A stretch of 64,000 nt of DNA from Occultella glacieicola (GCF_004353825.1 NZ_SMNA01000002.1:62001-126000), one strand, 5' to 3'; positions 39,283-49,030 are shown, numbered from the stretch's first letter. Notes: generated from the sequence alone by a model not told the origin. A program made the numbers and translations.

Positions 39283-39404
39283 GCCACTCTCCCATCTCGC
39301 GGGATCGGCGGGGAGCCGATCCGCCCGCGTGCGGTGGACCCGCAGGGTTCCATCCTGAACCCCGGGCGTCGTCCCGTCACGCTGGGGGCCCGGGCATGCC
39401 GCCC

Positions 39405-42400
39405 TCAGGCGCAGGTCACCGCCTCATACGCCACACTGAAGCGCTCGTACACGGACTGACCGTCGTTCCAGGCGTACGCGGCGACGGTCACCGATCCGGC
39501 GTCGACCGCCGCGGCTCCGCTCGTGAAGCCGTGGTAGCCGGCCGCGCCTGGCGCGGTGCCGGTCAGTTTGTGGCTGCCGTAGTCCGTCGTCATGCGGATG
39601 TCGAGCGGCACCTCCGAAGTGTTGACGACGTGGACGGCGATGACCGCTTCGGCTCCCCAGCACTGCGGTCGGACGGAGATCCGCAGCGTGACCGGTGGCA
39701 GCGGTTCGTCGGTCACGGCGAGGACGAGAGCGTTGAACAGCGAGACGTTCTTGGTCTCGGCGAGTCCGAGTCCCCAGCTCAGCCAGCCCTCGCGGCCGGA
39801 GCCGTCGTTCTCGTTCAGGACGACCGTGCTCGCCAGCAGCCGCCCGGCCGGGTCGATGCCGATCTCGGCCCAGCTGATCGCGACCTCGTAGGTCGTGGTC
39901 GCGGCGCCCTCGTCGCGGACGACGGCGGCGCTCACACCGGCGGGCGTGCCGGCGACGTCGGCGGGCGCCCACCTGTGCACGACCACCTCGCCGGCATCGG
40001 TGAGGGCGACTCCGATCTCCTGCGGTACCGGGTCCTCGCCGGGCGCTCCGGCGACGAGTCCGATCTGCACGCTGTCGCCCTGCCAGATGTCACCGCCGGT
40101 GCTGGGCTGGGCGTGGACGTCATCCTGGGCACGAAGCGTCAGGTAGAGGTTCTCGTCGTCGTGGGTCAGCCAGATCGACGCCGAGGCGTCCGCTGGGCCC
40201 TCCCAGCCGGGGAGCGCGGGCGCCTCTTCCGTCCCGACCTCCTGCGCGGCCAGTTCCAGCACCGCCGGGTCGGCGACGCCGTCGACGTCGATCCCAAGGC
40301 CGGGCACCCCGACCGGCTCGCCCAAGGGCGTCAGGGTGCCCGACGCGGCGGCGGGCGTGCCGGCGGTGGTCAGGACCGTCGCGGTCCAGCCGGTCGGCTC
40401 GGTCGGCGCGATCGGGACGCTCAGCACGACGGTGCCCGTTGCCGGCACCGACTCGCCCTCACCCACCCGCGTGCGCTCGTCCCCGACGGCCACGTCGACG
40501 CCGTCGAGCGTGATCGCCGTGGGTGTCGCGTTCGTGACCTGCAGCCGCAGGACCTGACCGTCGGGGTCGACGCCGTGCACACCGGTGATCGAGAGTGCCG
40601 GCGTGGGCGAACCCGTGGTGCGCAGCAGCGCGACCGCGACGCCGTCGACCCGTGCGAGCACCGAGTAGGTACGCTCGGCGCCGGAATTCTGCGGCAGGTA
40701 GGCGACGTCGACCGTCGCGCTCTGCCCGGCACCGACGCTCGCGCTCGCCGAGTCGCCTCCGACGGGCTCGAGCTCGAGCTCGATGCCCGACCGTCCGGTC
40801 CGGTCGACGACGACGTGGCCGGTCGCAGGGGTTCCCGCGACCTCGGGCTGGATGTCGAATCGGTACGCGTCCGAGACCGAGACGGTGGTGATGGCACCCT
40901 CGACGTAGATGGGCTCCTCGTCGAGGCTCACGTGCACCAGCCCGTCGCTGTCCGGGGCGAGTTCGACAGCGCCGCCGTAGGCGTCGGTGACGGTGACAGG
41001 ACCCGTCGCAGCGAACGCAGCCGTGGTCGGGACGGTGGCCCACGCCGCGTGGACTGTGCGGTTCCCGTCCGAGAACACGACATCCCACGCATCGTCCCCG
41101 AGGTCGCCGGAGCTCTCGAAGGGCAGGCCCGCGAGCATCCGGTTCATGACGGCGCTGGTCACGTAGGCGGGCTTGGGCACCCAGGCACCGCGGGGGTCGT
41201 CGGTGTTGCGCACGATCCCGAACCGGTGCTCGACCTCACCGGAGTCGGTGCCGTCGTCCATGAAGTCGTAGATGGTGAAGTTCTGCGCGCCGTCAGCGAA
41301 GGCGGTCAGCTGACCGCGAACCATCAGGCGTGCCTGGGTCGCCTCGTCGACGCCGACGGCCGTCTCGGCCGTCGGCCAGCCGACCTCGGACAGCAGCAGC
41401 GGCATGTCGGCGTGGCCGTGCTCACTCATGATCGTGCGGAGCGCGCCGTACTGGCCCTGGAACCGCGACGACCCCTCGGGGGCGTTCGGGTGCGTGTAGG
41501 GGTGGGTCGATACCGCGTCGATCAACTCGAGCCCACCGAGGTCGGCGAACTCGGAGAACCAGTCCTGCCAGTCGTTCATCGGTGCGAGCGCGGGCCCCAC
41601 CAGCACCGCGTCCGGGTAGGCGGCCTTGACCGCGTCGTGCACGACCTGCAGCAGCGCGACGTACTGGGACGCGCTGCCGGCCGCCGGCCCGTCGAGGTCG
41701 CGCCAGTTCCACTCGTTCCAGACCTCGAAGTAGTTGCCCTCGACGCCCAGCTCCGCCACGGTGGCGATGGCGTAGCGTGCGAACGCCTCCCGACCCTCGG
41801 GCGTCGTCGGTGCCTCGTCCGGGAAGTACAGCGGGTTCCCATAGCTGAGCACGCGGAAGTGGCCGAGGCCGAGGTCCTCGAACTCGTCCTGGTAGGCCAC
41901 GACCTTGTCCTGCCAGACGATCTGACCGGGCGTCGTCTCCTGGCCGGCCCAGTAGGCCTCGTCCCGAGCGAGCCCGAATCCCGCATCGGCGACCAGAGCG
42001 GCGGTCTCCAGGGGCCAGGACTGGCCGTAGTGGGTGGCGACGCCGAAGCGGGGATCGCGCACGAAGTCCGCCGGCAGCGGCTCGAGAACCGCGAGGTCGG
42101 TGCCGACCAGGTACCGGGTGCCGTCCGCCGTGGTCCCGACGACATCCGCCGTGTACCAGCCGGGATCGGTGACGCCGAAGGGGAGCGTTCCCTCCAGGTC
42201 GGCGGCCGGGGTCGCGCCCTGGTCGACGACGGTACCGTGCGCGTCGCGGACGGTCCAGGACAGCTCGACGACGTCGTCGCCCGTGAAGGCGACGGCGACG
42301 TCATCGCCGGTGTGGAAGACGTTTCCGCGCGCGAGTGTCTGCAGCGTCAGCGGCGCGGTCACGACGTCGACCTCCGCGACGACGGCATCGATGTCGAGCG

Positions 42401-42971
42401 TGCCCGCGGTGCTGCCCTCCCGGAACGACCAGGTGTCCAGGATGACCGAGAACGCTCGCAGCGGGCCGTGCCAGACGCCGTCGTCGGCGCCACCGAAGTG
42501 CAGGTAGCCGTCGCCCGAGGTGAAGTCCTCGAGGCGAAGGGTCTGCCAACCCTCGGCATCCGGGTCGACGGCCACGCGCTGCTGGTGTGCCTGGCCGGTC
42601 GAGTCCTGCAGCCGGAGGGTGACGAGGTCGACGTCCGCCGTGCGCACCTGCAGCTCGAGCGCCGTGGCCTCGATCTGACCTGGCCAGCGGGCGAGCTCGA
42701 AGGTGCCGGTCGGCACCGAGGCCTCGATCCGGCCGTGCCCGGCTCCGCTGGCCGGTGCCTCGGTGGCGAGGGTGATCGCGCCGCTGGCCGCCCCGGTCGT
42801 GTACACGTCCCAGTCCGGCGAGCCCGGTTCGAAGTCGCCGACGACGACCTGCCCGGTCGCGGCCGGTGCGAGTTCGGCAGGGAGCGGCGCCGCGGTGGCG
42901 CCGATGGCGGTGACGGCGCTGGCCGCCAGGGCGAGGATGGCGGCGAGTGCCGCCGATCGGTATCGCATCAT
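39405..42971 (-). CDS. Secreted multidomain clan-A glycoside hydrolase (GH39/GH5-like) with CBM9-like domain
   Basis: Signal peptide; FEVWNEWN (acid/base), STHPY, LSEVGWPT (nucleophile); DIWQGDSVQIG...YEVAISW. Confidence 0.82.
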   Translation of the reverse strand: MMRYRSAALAAILALAASAVTAIGATAAPLPAELAPAATGQVVVGDFEPGSPDWDVYTTGAASGAITLATEAPASGAGHGRIEASVPTGTFELARWPGQIEATALELQVRTADVDLVTLRLQDSTGQAHQQRVAVDPDAEGWQTLRLEDFTSGDGYLHFGGADDGVWHGPLRAFSVILDTWSFREGSTAGTLDIDAVVAEVDVVTAPLTLQTLARGNVFHTGDDVAVAFTGDDVVELSWTVRDAHGTVVDQGATPAADLEGTLPFGVTDPGWYTADVVGTTADGTRYLVGTDLAVLEPLPADFVRDPRFGVATHYGQSWPLETAALVADAGFGLARDEAYWAGQETTPGQIVWQDKVVAYQDEFEDLGLGHFRVLSYGNPLYFPDEAPTTPEGREAFARYAIATVAELGVEGNYFEVWNEWNWRDLDGPAAGSASQYVALLQVVHDAVKAAYPDAVLVGPALAPMNDWQDWFSEFADLGGLELIDAVSTHPYTHPNAPEGSSRFQGQYGALRTIMSEHGHADMPLLLSEVGWPTAETAVGVDEATQARLMVRGQLTAFADGAQNFTIYDFMDDGTDSGEVEHRFGIVRNTDDPRGAWVPKPAYVTSAVMNRMLAGLPFESSGDLGDDAWDVVFSDGNRTVHAAWATVPTTAAFAATGPVTVTDAYGGAVELAPDSDGLVHVSLDEEPIYVEGAITTVSVSDAYRFDIQPEVAGTPATGHVVVDRTGRSGIELELEPVGGDSASASVGAGQSATVDVAYLPQNSGAERTYSVLARVDGVAVALLRTTGSPTPALSITGVHGVDPDGQVLRLQVTNATPTAITLDGVDVAVGDERTRVGEGESVPATGTVVLSVPIAPTEPTGWTATVLTTAGTPAAASGTLTPLGEPVGVPGLGIDVDGVADPAVLELAAQEVGTEEAPALPGWEGPADASASIWLTHDDENLYLTLRAQDDVHAQPSTGGDIWQGDSVQIGLVAGAPGEDPVPQEIGVALTDAGEVVVHRWAPADVAGTPAGVSAAVVRDEGAATTTYEVAISWAEIGIDPAGRLLASTVVLNENDGSGREGWLSWGLGLAETKNVSLFNALVLAVTDEPLPPVTLRISVRPQCWGAEAVIAVHVVNTSEVPLDIRMTTDYGSHKLTGTAPGAAGYHGFTSGAAAVDAGSVTVAAYAWNDGQSVYERFSVAYEAVTCA

Positions 42972-43032
42972 GTTGCCTGGCCTCGATCTCGTCGGTGAGC
43001 GTCGGGTGACCGGAACCGCTGGTCGGGGTCGG

Positions 43033-43050
43033 TGCGAAAGCAGTTTCGCA
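43033..43050. promoter_or_regulatory. Palindromic operator upstream of the glycoside hydrolase
   Basis: TGCGAAA-gcag-TTTCGCA. Confidence 0.5.
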
Positions 43051-43200
43051 TACGTCTACGAGAACGTCTAGAGTCGCTACAAATCCATGGGATTCGGGGT
43101 GCGCTTGCGGTTTCGCGGATGCATCACGGCCAGGGCGTCGCCGGACCTCGAGGGCTACGTCGCGGCCGGTCCTATGCCGGTGTCACGGCCCCACCTCCGG

Positions 43201-43214
43201 GTATGCTGGCATAC
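43201..43214 (+). promoter_or_regulatory. -10 element overlapped by a palindromic toxin-antitoxin operator
   Basis: GTATGC-tg-GCATAC contains TATGCT and abuts the antitoxin ATG (leaderless geometry). Confidence 0.55.
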
Positions 43215-43442
43215 ATGAAGCGCACAACCGTCAAGATCCCCGACGCACTCGACGCCCGCCTACGGCACGAAGCCGAACGCCGAGGAACGACCATCGCCGA
43301 AGTCAGCCGTGAGGCACTCGAGGCCTACCTCGGCGGACCCTCGACCCGACGCCAGCTCGGTGCAGCCGCAGCCGGGCGAAGCGGAAGAAGCGACGTCTCC
43401 GAGCGCATCGAAGAGATCCTCGCCTCCGAGGTCGGACAATAG
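43215..43442 (+). CDS. vapB: Ribbon-helix-helix (CopG-like) antitoxin
   Basis: MKRTTVKIPDALDARLRHEAERRGTTIAEVSREAL; precedes a PIN gene. Confidence 0.88.
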   Translation: MKRTTVKIPDALDARLRHEAERRGTTIAEVSREALEAYLGGPSTRRQLGAAAAGRSGRSDVSERIEEILASEVGQ

Positions 43443-43855
43443 CGGCGCTCATCGTCGACGCCGGGCCGCTCTACGCCTACGTCGACGCCGACGACGCGCA
43501 CCACGCGGCCGCGCTGGAACTTCTCGAAACACATGCCGGCCCGCTGATCGTCCCCACCCTGGTCATCACCGAGGTGGTCTACCTCCTGGCGACCCGACTC
43601 GGGACAGGTCCGGAAGTCCGCTTCCTCGGCGACCTGGCCGGCGGCTCGTTCACCGTCGAGCCAGTCGCTGCCGCGGACTGGCTACGCATCGCCGAGTTGG
43701 TCGCGCGCTACCGGGACCTGCCACTGGGGACCGTCGACGCCTCGGTCGTGGTCACCGCGGAACGTCTCGGGGTCAGTGAGATCGCCACCGTCGACCGACG
43801 TCACTTCACCGTGGTGCGACCCGCCCACGTCGACGCATTCACTCTCCTGCCGTGA
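43442..43855 (+). CDS. vapC: PIN-domain toxin lacking a canonical start codon (possible pseudogene)
   Basis: Frame reads ALIVDAGPLYAYVDADDAHH...ITEVVYLL...GTVDASVV...TVDRRHF. The first ATG/GTG/TTG is at 43574. Confidence 0.8.
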   Translation, partial: AALIVDAGPLYAYVDADDAHHAAALELLETHAGPLIVPTLVITEVVYLLATRLGTGPEVRFLGDLAGGSFTVEPVAAADWLRIAELVARYRDLPLGTVDASVVVTAERLGVSEIATVDRRHFTVVRPAHVDAFTLLP

Positions 43856-43896
43856 GGCCCGGCGATGCTCAGGTCGTCCTCGGACCGGCTCGGCGC

Positions 43897-45159
43897 TCAG
43901 CCGGCCGCGCCGCCCGCCAGCCGGGCCTGCTCGTCGGAGGTCCACAGCCCGATCAGCCCGCGGAAGTGGGCGAGGAACTCCTCGTGCTCGTGCGGCGGGT
44001 AGGTGGCCCGCACGGTGTCGGTGAGCATGCGGTCGAAGTCTGGTGAGGTGACCCAGTCCAGCACCCGTTCGGGCAGGTCCGCCAGGTGCGTGGCGCACCA
44101 GTCCCAGTACCGGTCGGTCTCGAAGTGGTCGTCGGCGAGGCGCCGGTAGGCGGCCATCCTCCCCGGGTAGTCGAGTTCGGGGTCGTCGGCGATCGCGAAG
44201 TAGGCCGCGGTACTCGTGTCGACCGGCGTGCGACGGCCGGTCACGAGCGCGTACGTGCTCCACCGCACCAGCGCCGTGATCGCCCACGGGAAGTAGTAGT
44301 GCAGCGACGTCACGGCCACGTCCGGACACGCGTTCGCGTAGTCGATCGGGTACACCGCGTCCCCGGTCACGAGCATCTCCGCGGAGTTGAACTCCCACCG
44401 GAAGAACGCGTTCACCAGCCGGGAGACGGTCACCGCCTGCTCACCGGCCGACGGCGTGAGGAAGTCGTGACTGACGGCGTACCGCTGATGCATCGGCTGG
44501 TCCGGGCGGAAGTCCATCACCATGGTCTCGGGCCCGATGGACAGTGCCCTGGCGAAGTGCTCGTAGTCGACGGTGGCCTGCAGGTGCATGAGCATCTGCC
44601 CCGAGGAGTCGTAGGCGGTGCGCAGATCCTCGGGGTTGTCGATCCGGGACACCCCACGCCAGCCACCGCCGTCAAACGGTTTCATGTACAGCGGATAGCC
44701 GAGGTCGGCGGCGATCGCCTCGAGGTCGAAGGGCTCGTTGTACTTCGCGGACGTGTACGCCCAGCGGGCGTTGTCCACCGGGTTCTTGTACGGCACCAGC
44801 ACGGTGCGCGGGATGTTCAGCCCGAGCCGCAGCATGGCGCAGTAGGCACTGTGCTTCTCCATCGACTGGAACGTGAACGGGGAGTTCAGCAGGTAGGTGT
44901 CGTCCATCAGCGCGGCCTTCTTCAGCCACTCCCGGGGCACGTAGTACCAGTAGGCGAGCCGGTCGATGACGAGGTCGGAGGACACCGGGTCGGTGAGTTC
45001 GAACGGGGCGATGGTCAGGCGTTGCGTAGCGATCTCGTGGGTGCGCCCGCCGGCGTCGGTGATCGGTCCGAGCCGCGCCACGATCGACTCGAACGCGCGC
45101 GGCCAGTCCTCCTCCTGCCCGAGCAGCAGGCCGATCAGGTGCCGGGAGATGTCGACCAT
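43897..45159 (-). CDS. ATP-grasp (RimK-like) amide ligase of unknown substrate
   Basis: MEKHSAYCAMLRLGLNIPRT, GYPLYMKPFDGGGWRGVSRI, NSAEM...IDYANAC. Confidence 0.82.
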   Translation of the reverse strand: MVDISRHLIGLLLGQEEDWPRAFESIVARLGPITDAGGRTHEIATQRLTIAPFELTDPVSSDLVIDRLAYWYYVPREWLKKAALMDDTYLLNSPFTFQSMEKHSAYCAMLRLGLNIPRTVLVPYKNPVDNARWAYTSAKYNEPFDLEAIAADLGYPLYMKPFDGGGWRGVSRIDNPEDLRTAYDSSGQMLMHLQATVDYEHFARALSIGPETMVMDFRPDQPMHQRYAVSHDFLTPSAGEQAVTVSRLVNAFFRWEFNSAEMLVTGDAVYPIDYANACPDVAVTSLHYYFPWAITALVRWSTYALVTGRRTPVDTSTAAYFAIADDPELDYPGRMAAYRRLADDHFETDRYWDWCATHLADLPERVLDWVTSPDFDRMLTDTVRATYPPHEHEEFLAHFRGLIGLWTSDEQARLAGGAAG

Positions 45160-45248
45160 TGCGTCCTCCGCAGGTGGGTTTCGTGCCTGGCTGCAACCTA
45201 CTCGGTCGTGGCAACGGCGCCCGTCGGCCGCCACGATAGGGTCGCCCG

Positions 45249-45833
45249 GTGGTCGCCTACGCCGACGAGGACACCCTCGCGCAACGGATCGCCGCGCTCC
45301 CCGGCCGGGCCACCATCGGGATCTCGGGGTACGCCGGCGCGGGTAAGTCCACGCTCACCCGTGCCCTCGTCGGCCGGATACCTGGCGCGACCCGCCTGCG
45401 CGGGGACGACTTCCTGGACCCGGCCCGATCACATCGCCGGTCCCCGGACTGGGACGGTGTCGGGCGGGACCGGCTGCGCGAGGAGGTGCTCCGGCCGCAC
45501 CTGCGCGGCGACCGCACCATTCGGTACCGACCGTTCGACTGGTCACGGCGCGAGCCCGGTGAGCCGGTCACGCTGCCCACCGGGGACGTCCTCGTGCTCG
45601 ATGCGATCGGCATCTTCCATCCCGACCTCCTGGACCTGTTCTCGCTCACGATCTGGGTCGAGGCCGACCCCGAGGATGCGGTTCGGCGCGGGATGGCGCG
45701 CGACCGAGCGCTCGGGCGCCTCCACGATCGGCTCTGGACCGAGGTCTGGGCGCCGAACGATGTCGAGTTCGCGGCGAGGTTCGCGCCGGCCGGTCGGGCC
45801 GAGCTGCGCTACCGGGCCGATCTCGAGCGCTGA
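45249..45833 (+). CDS. P-loop protein, uridine-kinase-like
   Basis: GISGYAGAGKST, DDFLDP, YRPFDW. Confidence 0.75.
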   Translation: MVAYADEDTLAQRIAALPGRATIGISGYAGAGKSTLTRALVGRIPGATRLRGDDFLDPARSHRRSPDWDGVGRDRLREEVLRPHLRGDRTIRYRPFDWSRREPGEPVTLPTGDVLVLDAIGIFHPDLLDLFSLTIWVEADPEDAVRRGMARDRALGRLHDRLWTEVWAPNDVEFAARFAPAGRAELRYRADLER

Positions 45834-45842
45834 GCGGGTCGC

Positions 45843-46589
45843 TCAGCAGAACCGCGGCAGATGATGCGCGATCTGCTTGCGCCACCACGGCCACTGATGG
45901 GACACGTCGTGGCCCCAGACGTCCAGCTCGTGCCCGATGCCCTTGTCCGTGAGCAGCCGGTCCATCGCCAGGGTCGCCGGCAGCGCCCCGGTCGGATCCA
46001 CCTCGAACTCCCCCCGCCCGACGGTCAGGACCGGGTACACCCGCGAGCGCAGCCAGTCCAGGTGGTCGCCGTCGGCCCCGCGCAGGTAGTCCATCGGGTT
46101 CGTGAAGTACGCGTCGTCGCCGCGCTCGCCCCAGGTGCGCCAGAACGACGGGTCGTAGTTGCCCGACTGGCAGATCGCGACCGTGAACAGGTCCGCCCGC
46201 GTCAACATCAGGTGCAGGGCGTGGTAGGCGCCGAGGCTGGCGCCCGTGGTGATCAGGTCCCCCGCGCCCGGGGAGTCGTCGCGGATCACCGGCACGACGG
46301 CGTCGGTCACCCAGCGCTCGTAGTCCCGGTACCGCCGGGCTCGCTCCTCGTGGGAGATCGAGGTGTCCGACCAGGTCAGGTGGTCGAAGGAGTCCACGCA
46401 GTAGAGCTTGATCCGGCCGTCGTCGATCAGCGACGCGAGCGCCCCGACCATGCCGTTCTCCTCGTACTCCCAGGCCCGCCCCAGCTCGGTGGGGAACACC
46501 ACCACCGGGCGGCCCCAGTGCCCGTAGGCGATCAGAGTGCCCGGCCGGTCCAGGCCGGGGGCGTCCAGTTCGACCTGGTCACGTCGCAT
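45843..46589 (-). CDS. Alpha/beta-hydrolase esterase family protein
   Basis: YGHWGRPVVVFPT, TGASLG, WGHDVSHQWPWWRKQ. Confidence 0.85.
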   Translation of the reverse strand: MRRDQVELDAPGLDRPGTLIAYGHWGRPVVVFPTELGRAWEYEENGMVGALASLIDDGRIKLYCVDSFDHLTWSDTSISHEERARRYRDYERWVTDAVVPVIRDDSPGAGDLITTGASLGAYHALHLMLTRADLFTVAICQSGNYDPSFWRTWGERGDDAYFTNPMDYLRGADGDHLDWLRSRVYPVLTVGRGEFEVDPTGALPATLAMDRLLTDKGIGHELDVWGHDVSHQWPWWRKQIAHHLPRFC

Positions 46590-47649
46590 CGTGGCCTCCG
46601 GCCACCTTGTGCCCGACGGCGGCGGTCACCAACCGGGTCAGGTGCGGCTCCAGGGCGTCGCGCCAAGAGACGTAGTTGTGCAGGTCGTCGGTCTCGGCGT
46701 AGCGCACGTCCCAGCCCAGCCGGCTCAGGTGGGCTGCCATCAGCCGGTTGTTCACGACGTTCTCCTCCGTCGCGCCACAGGTGAGCGTGACGACCGGCAG
46801 CATGACCGACCCAGGCTCCGCCGTCGCCCCGGCGATCTCGGCCACGAACGAGGTGATGTCGCCGAACCTGGCGAACCACGACTCCTGGGCGTCGGTGCCC
46901 GGCGTGAAGAAGGAGCCGGACTGCAGGAACAGGCCGTCGAAGGCACCGGGGTGACGCCACTGGGCGTGCAGGGCGGCGAGCGCGCCGAGGCTGACGCCGG
47001 CGGCGACCATGACGGTCGTGGGCCACTGGTCACGGGCGGCGTCCAGGACGTGCAGCACGAGGGCGTCGGCGTAGTCGTCGTTCGCGGCGTACCAGGACAT
47101 CCGGTCCGGTGAGCCGAGCAGCAACACCCGCAGTGGCGCGAGGACGCCGGCGTCGATCCGGGACCCGATGAAGTCGGTGAGGTGCCCCATCGCGGCGTAG
47201 TCGGGCCCGTCGTGGGCGATCAGCAGCGGCGCCGGCTCGTCCGGGTCGAGCCGCTCCGGGACCCAGAGGGTGCCGTCGATGTCGCCCACCGGGGTGTCGG
47301 TGAAGGAGACGTCCGCGAGCCGGCTCGCGATCGGTTCGGCCGCCAGCCAGCCGGGCGTGGCATAGCCCGGCAGCTCCAGCACCGACCGGTCGCCGAACCC
47401 ACCGGGAGCGGTGTGCGGGTTGGCCGGGTCCAGGAGGGTGGTGGTGACCTCGAACCGGTACTCCACCCGTCCCAGCGGCGGCCGCGGGATGCACAGCTCC
47501 CAGACGCCGTCGGTGCGGGTCAGGTCCCGGGGTGAGTCGGTGGTGCCGAGGTCGGCATCGAGGCGGACCCGCCGGTAGCGCGCGTCGGGATCGGCGAGCC
47601 GGAAGCACACCTCGTTCCCGGAGGTCTCGGTGCTGGGGTCCTCGCGCAT
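46579..47649 (-). CDS. Enterochelin-esterase-like hydrolase with N-terminal Ig/CBM48-like domain
   Basis: LDPANP, LIAHDGPDY, AGVSLG, LQSGSF, HNYVSWRD. Confidence 0.82.
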   Translation of the reverse strand: MREDPSTETSGNEVCFRLADPDARYRRVRLDADLGTTDSPRDLTRTDGVWELCIPRPPLGRVEYRFEVTTTLLDPANPHTAPGGFGDRSVLELPGYATPGWLAAEPIASRLADVSFTDTPVGDIDGTLWVPERLDPDEPAPLLIAHDGPDYAAMGHLTDFIGSRIDAGVLAPLRVLLLGSPDRMSWYAANDDYADALVLHVLDAARDQWPTTVMVAAGVSLGALAALHAQWRHPGAFDGLFLQSGSFFTPGTDAQESWFARFGDITSFVAEIAGATAEPGSVMLPVVTLTCGATEENVVNNRLMAAHLSRLGWDVRYAETDDLHNYVSWRDALEPHLTRLVTAAVGHKVAGGHDAT

Positions 47650-47733
47650 GGTTGGAGACTAGCCACCCGCGCGTGGTTGCGCCGGACCGGCCATCGCGGA
47701 ATAGGAGTACCGGTGATCCGGGTTCGACCGTGC

Positions 47734-48165
47734 ATGACCGACACCACGTTCGATCCCCGCACCGTGCTCACCACCGCCAAGATCGGCGTTCTCGCCACGA
47801 TCAAGGCGAACGGGCTGCCCCAGCTCTCCCCGGTGACCCCGTTCTACGACCGCGATGCCGAGCAGCTCCTGGTCTCGATGACCGAGGGCCGCGCCAAGAC
47901 GACCAACCTGCGCCGCGACCCGCGGGCCGCGCTCGAGGTGACCAGTGAGAACGGCTGGGAGTGGGCGACCGCCGAGGGTCCGGTGACCCTGACCGGGCCG
48001 GGCACCGACCCGAACGGACCCGAGGTCGAGGCGCTCGTGGACTACTACCGGCGCGCCGCCGGAGAGCACCCGGACTGGCAGGAGTACCGCGACGTCATGG
48101 TCGCCGACCGCCGGGTCCTGATGACGATGAAGGTCGAGCGTGTGTACGGGGCGAAGATCCGCTGA
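47734..48165 (+). CDS. PPOX-class F420-dependent oxidoreductase
   Basis: LATIKANGLPQLSPV, AKTTNLRRDPR, GEHPDWQEYR. Confidence 0.9.
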   Translation: MTDTTFDPRTVLTTAKIGVLATIKANGLPQLSPVTPFYDRDAEQLLVSMTEGRAKTTNLRRDPRAALEVTSENGWEWATAEGPVTLTGPGTDPNGPEVEALVDYYRRAAGEHPDWQEYRDVMVADRRVLMTMKVERVYGAKIR

Positions 48166-48177
48166 CGCGGCGGCCCG

Positions 48178-48948
48178 TCAGCACGCCAGGTACCGGTCCA
48201 GCACCAGGTCCACCAGCTCGACCGGCGGAACCTCGCCGTCGACGAGCAGCGGCGGGGTGACCACGTCCGCACCGCAGCCCACGGCGAGGTCGGCGAAGTA
48301 GCCCGGCGCGAGCAGGTAGGTCGCGACGACGACGCGACCTGCGCCGTCGGGCCGGGCCCGCAGGCCGGCCCGCGCGGTCGCGACCGCGTCCCCCAGGCTC
48401 GGGCCGGCCGCGGAGATGAAGCCGGTGATGACGTCACGGCGCAGCGCCGCGGCGAGCATCTCGCCGGTCTGTTCGCAGTGGGCCACGGCGCCCGCGTCCG
48501 AGGAGCCGGCGGCCGCCAGGACGACCGCATCACCGGCCGCCAGGCCCGCCTCGGTGAGTCGGTGCTGCAGTTGGCGGACGAGCCGCGGATCCGGGCCGAG
48601 TGCGCGCATCACCCGGGTGTCGGGGTTCGTGGCGGCGGCCTCGGTGAGGTCCACGTGCACGTGGTAGCCGGCCGAGAGCAGCAGCGGCACGATCCGCACC
48701 GCCCCGCGGCCCAGCCCGGTCAGCGACGTCGGCACGTCGGGCTGCTGCACGTCGACGAACGAGCCGGCCACGGGCACGTCCGGACGACGGTCCGCCACCG
48801 CCTGCACCAGGCCGGCGACGGCCCGCTGGCCCGCGGGCGAGGACGTGCCGTGCGAGCACGCGAGCAGGGCCGGCATCGTCCGGGTGGCGGGGGTGAGCGG
48901 GGCTCGGCCGTGGCGGGTGTGCGGGGCGCCGGCGAGGATCGCTGTCAT
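48178..48948 (-). CDS. Sirohydrochlorin chelatase (SirB/CbiX family)
   Basis: SHGT, FVDVQQP, PLLLSAGYHVHVDL, YLLAPGYF. Confidence 0.88.
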   Translation of the reverse strand: MTAILAGAPHTRHGRAPLTPATRTMPALLACSHGTSSPAGQRAVAGLVQAVADRRPDVPVAGSFVDVQQPDVPTSLTGLGRGAVRIVPLLLSAGYHVHVDLTEAAATNPDTRVMRALGPDPRLVRQLQHRLTEAGLAAGDAVVLAAAGSSDAGAVAHCEQTGEMLAAALRRDVITGFISAAGPSLGDAVATARAGLRARPDGAGRVVVATYLLAPGYFADLAVGCGADVVTPPLLVDGEVPPVELVDLVLDRYLAC

Positions 48949-48954
48949 GCCCCG

Positions 48955-49009
48955 ACGCTAGGTGGGCGCTGTTACGCCGGAGGGTGTCGATCGGTTTCGG
49001 GACGGTTAA
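48955..49009 (-). promoter_or_regulatory. Putative GlnR boxes and -10 of the chelatase gene
   Basis: Minus strand TTAAC-n6-GAAAC ... GTAAC, 10 nt, TAGCGT, 6 nt, ATG. Confidence 0.6.
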
Positions 49010-49030
49010 GACTTCCGCACGCCGCGCCGG

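Noticed and set aside
39396..42998. 1200-aa plus-strand ORF
   Set aside because: Antisense shadow of the glycoside hydrolase.
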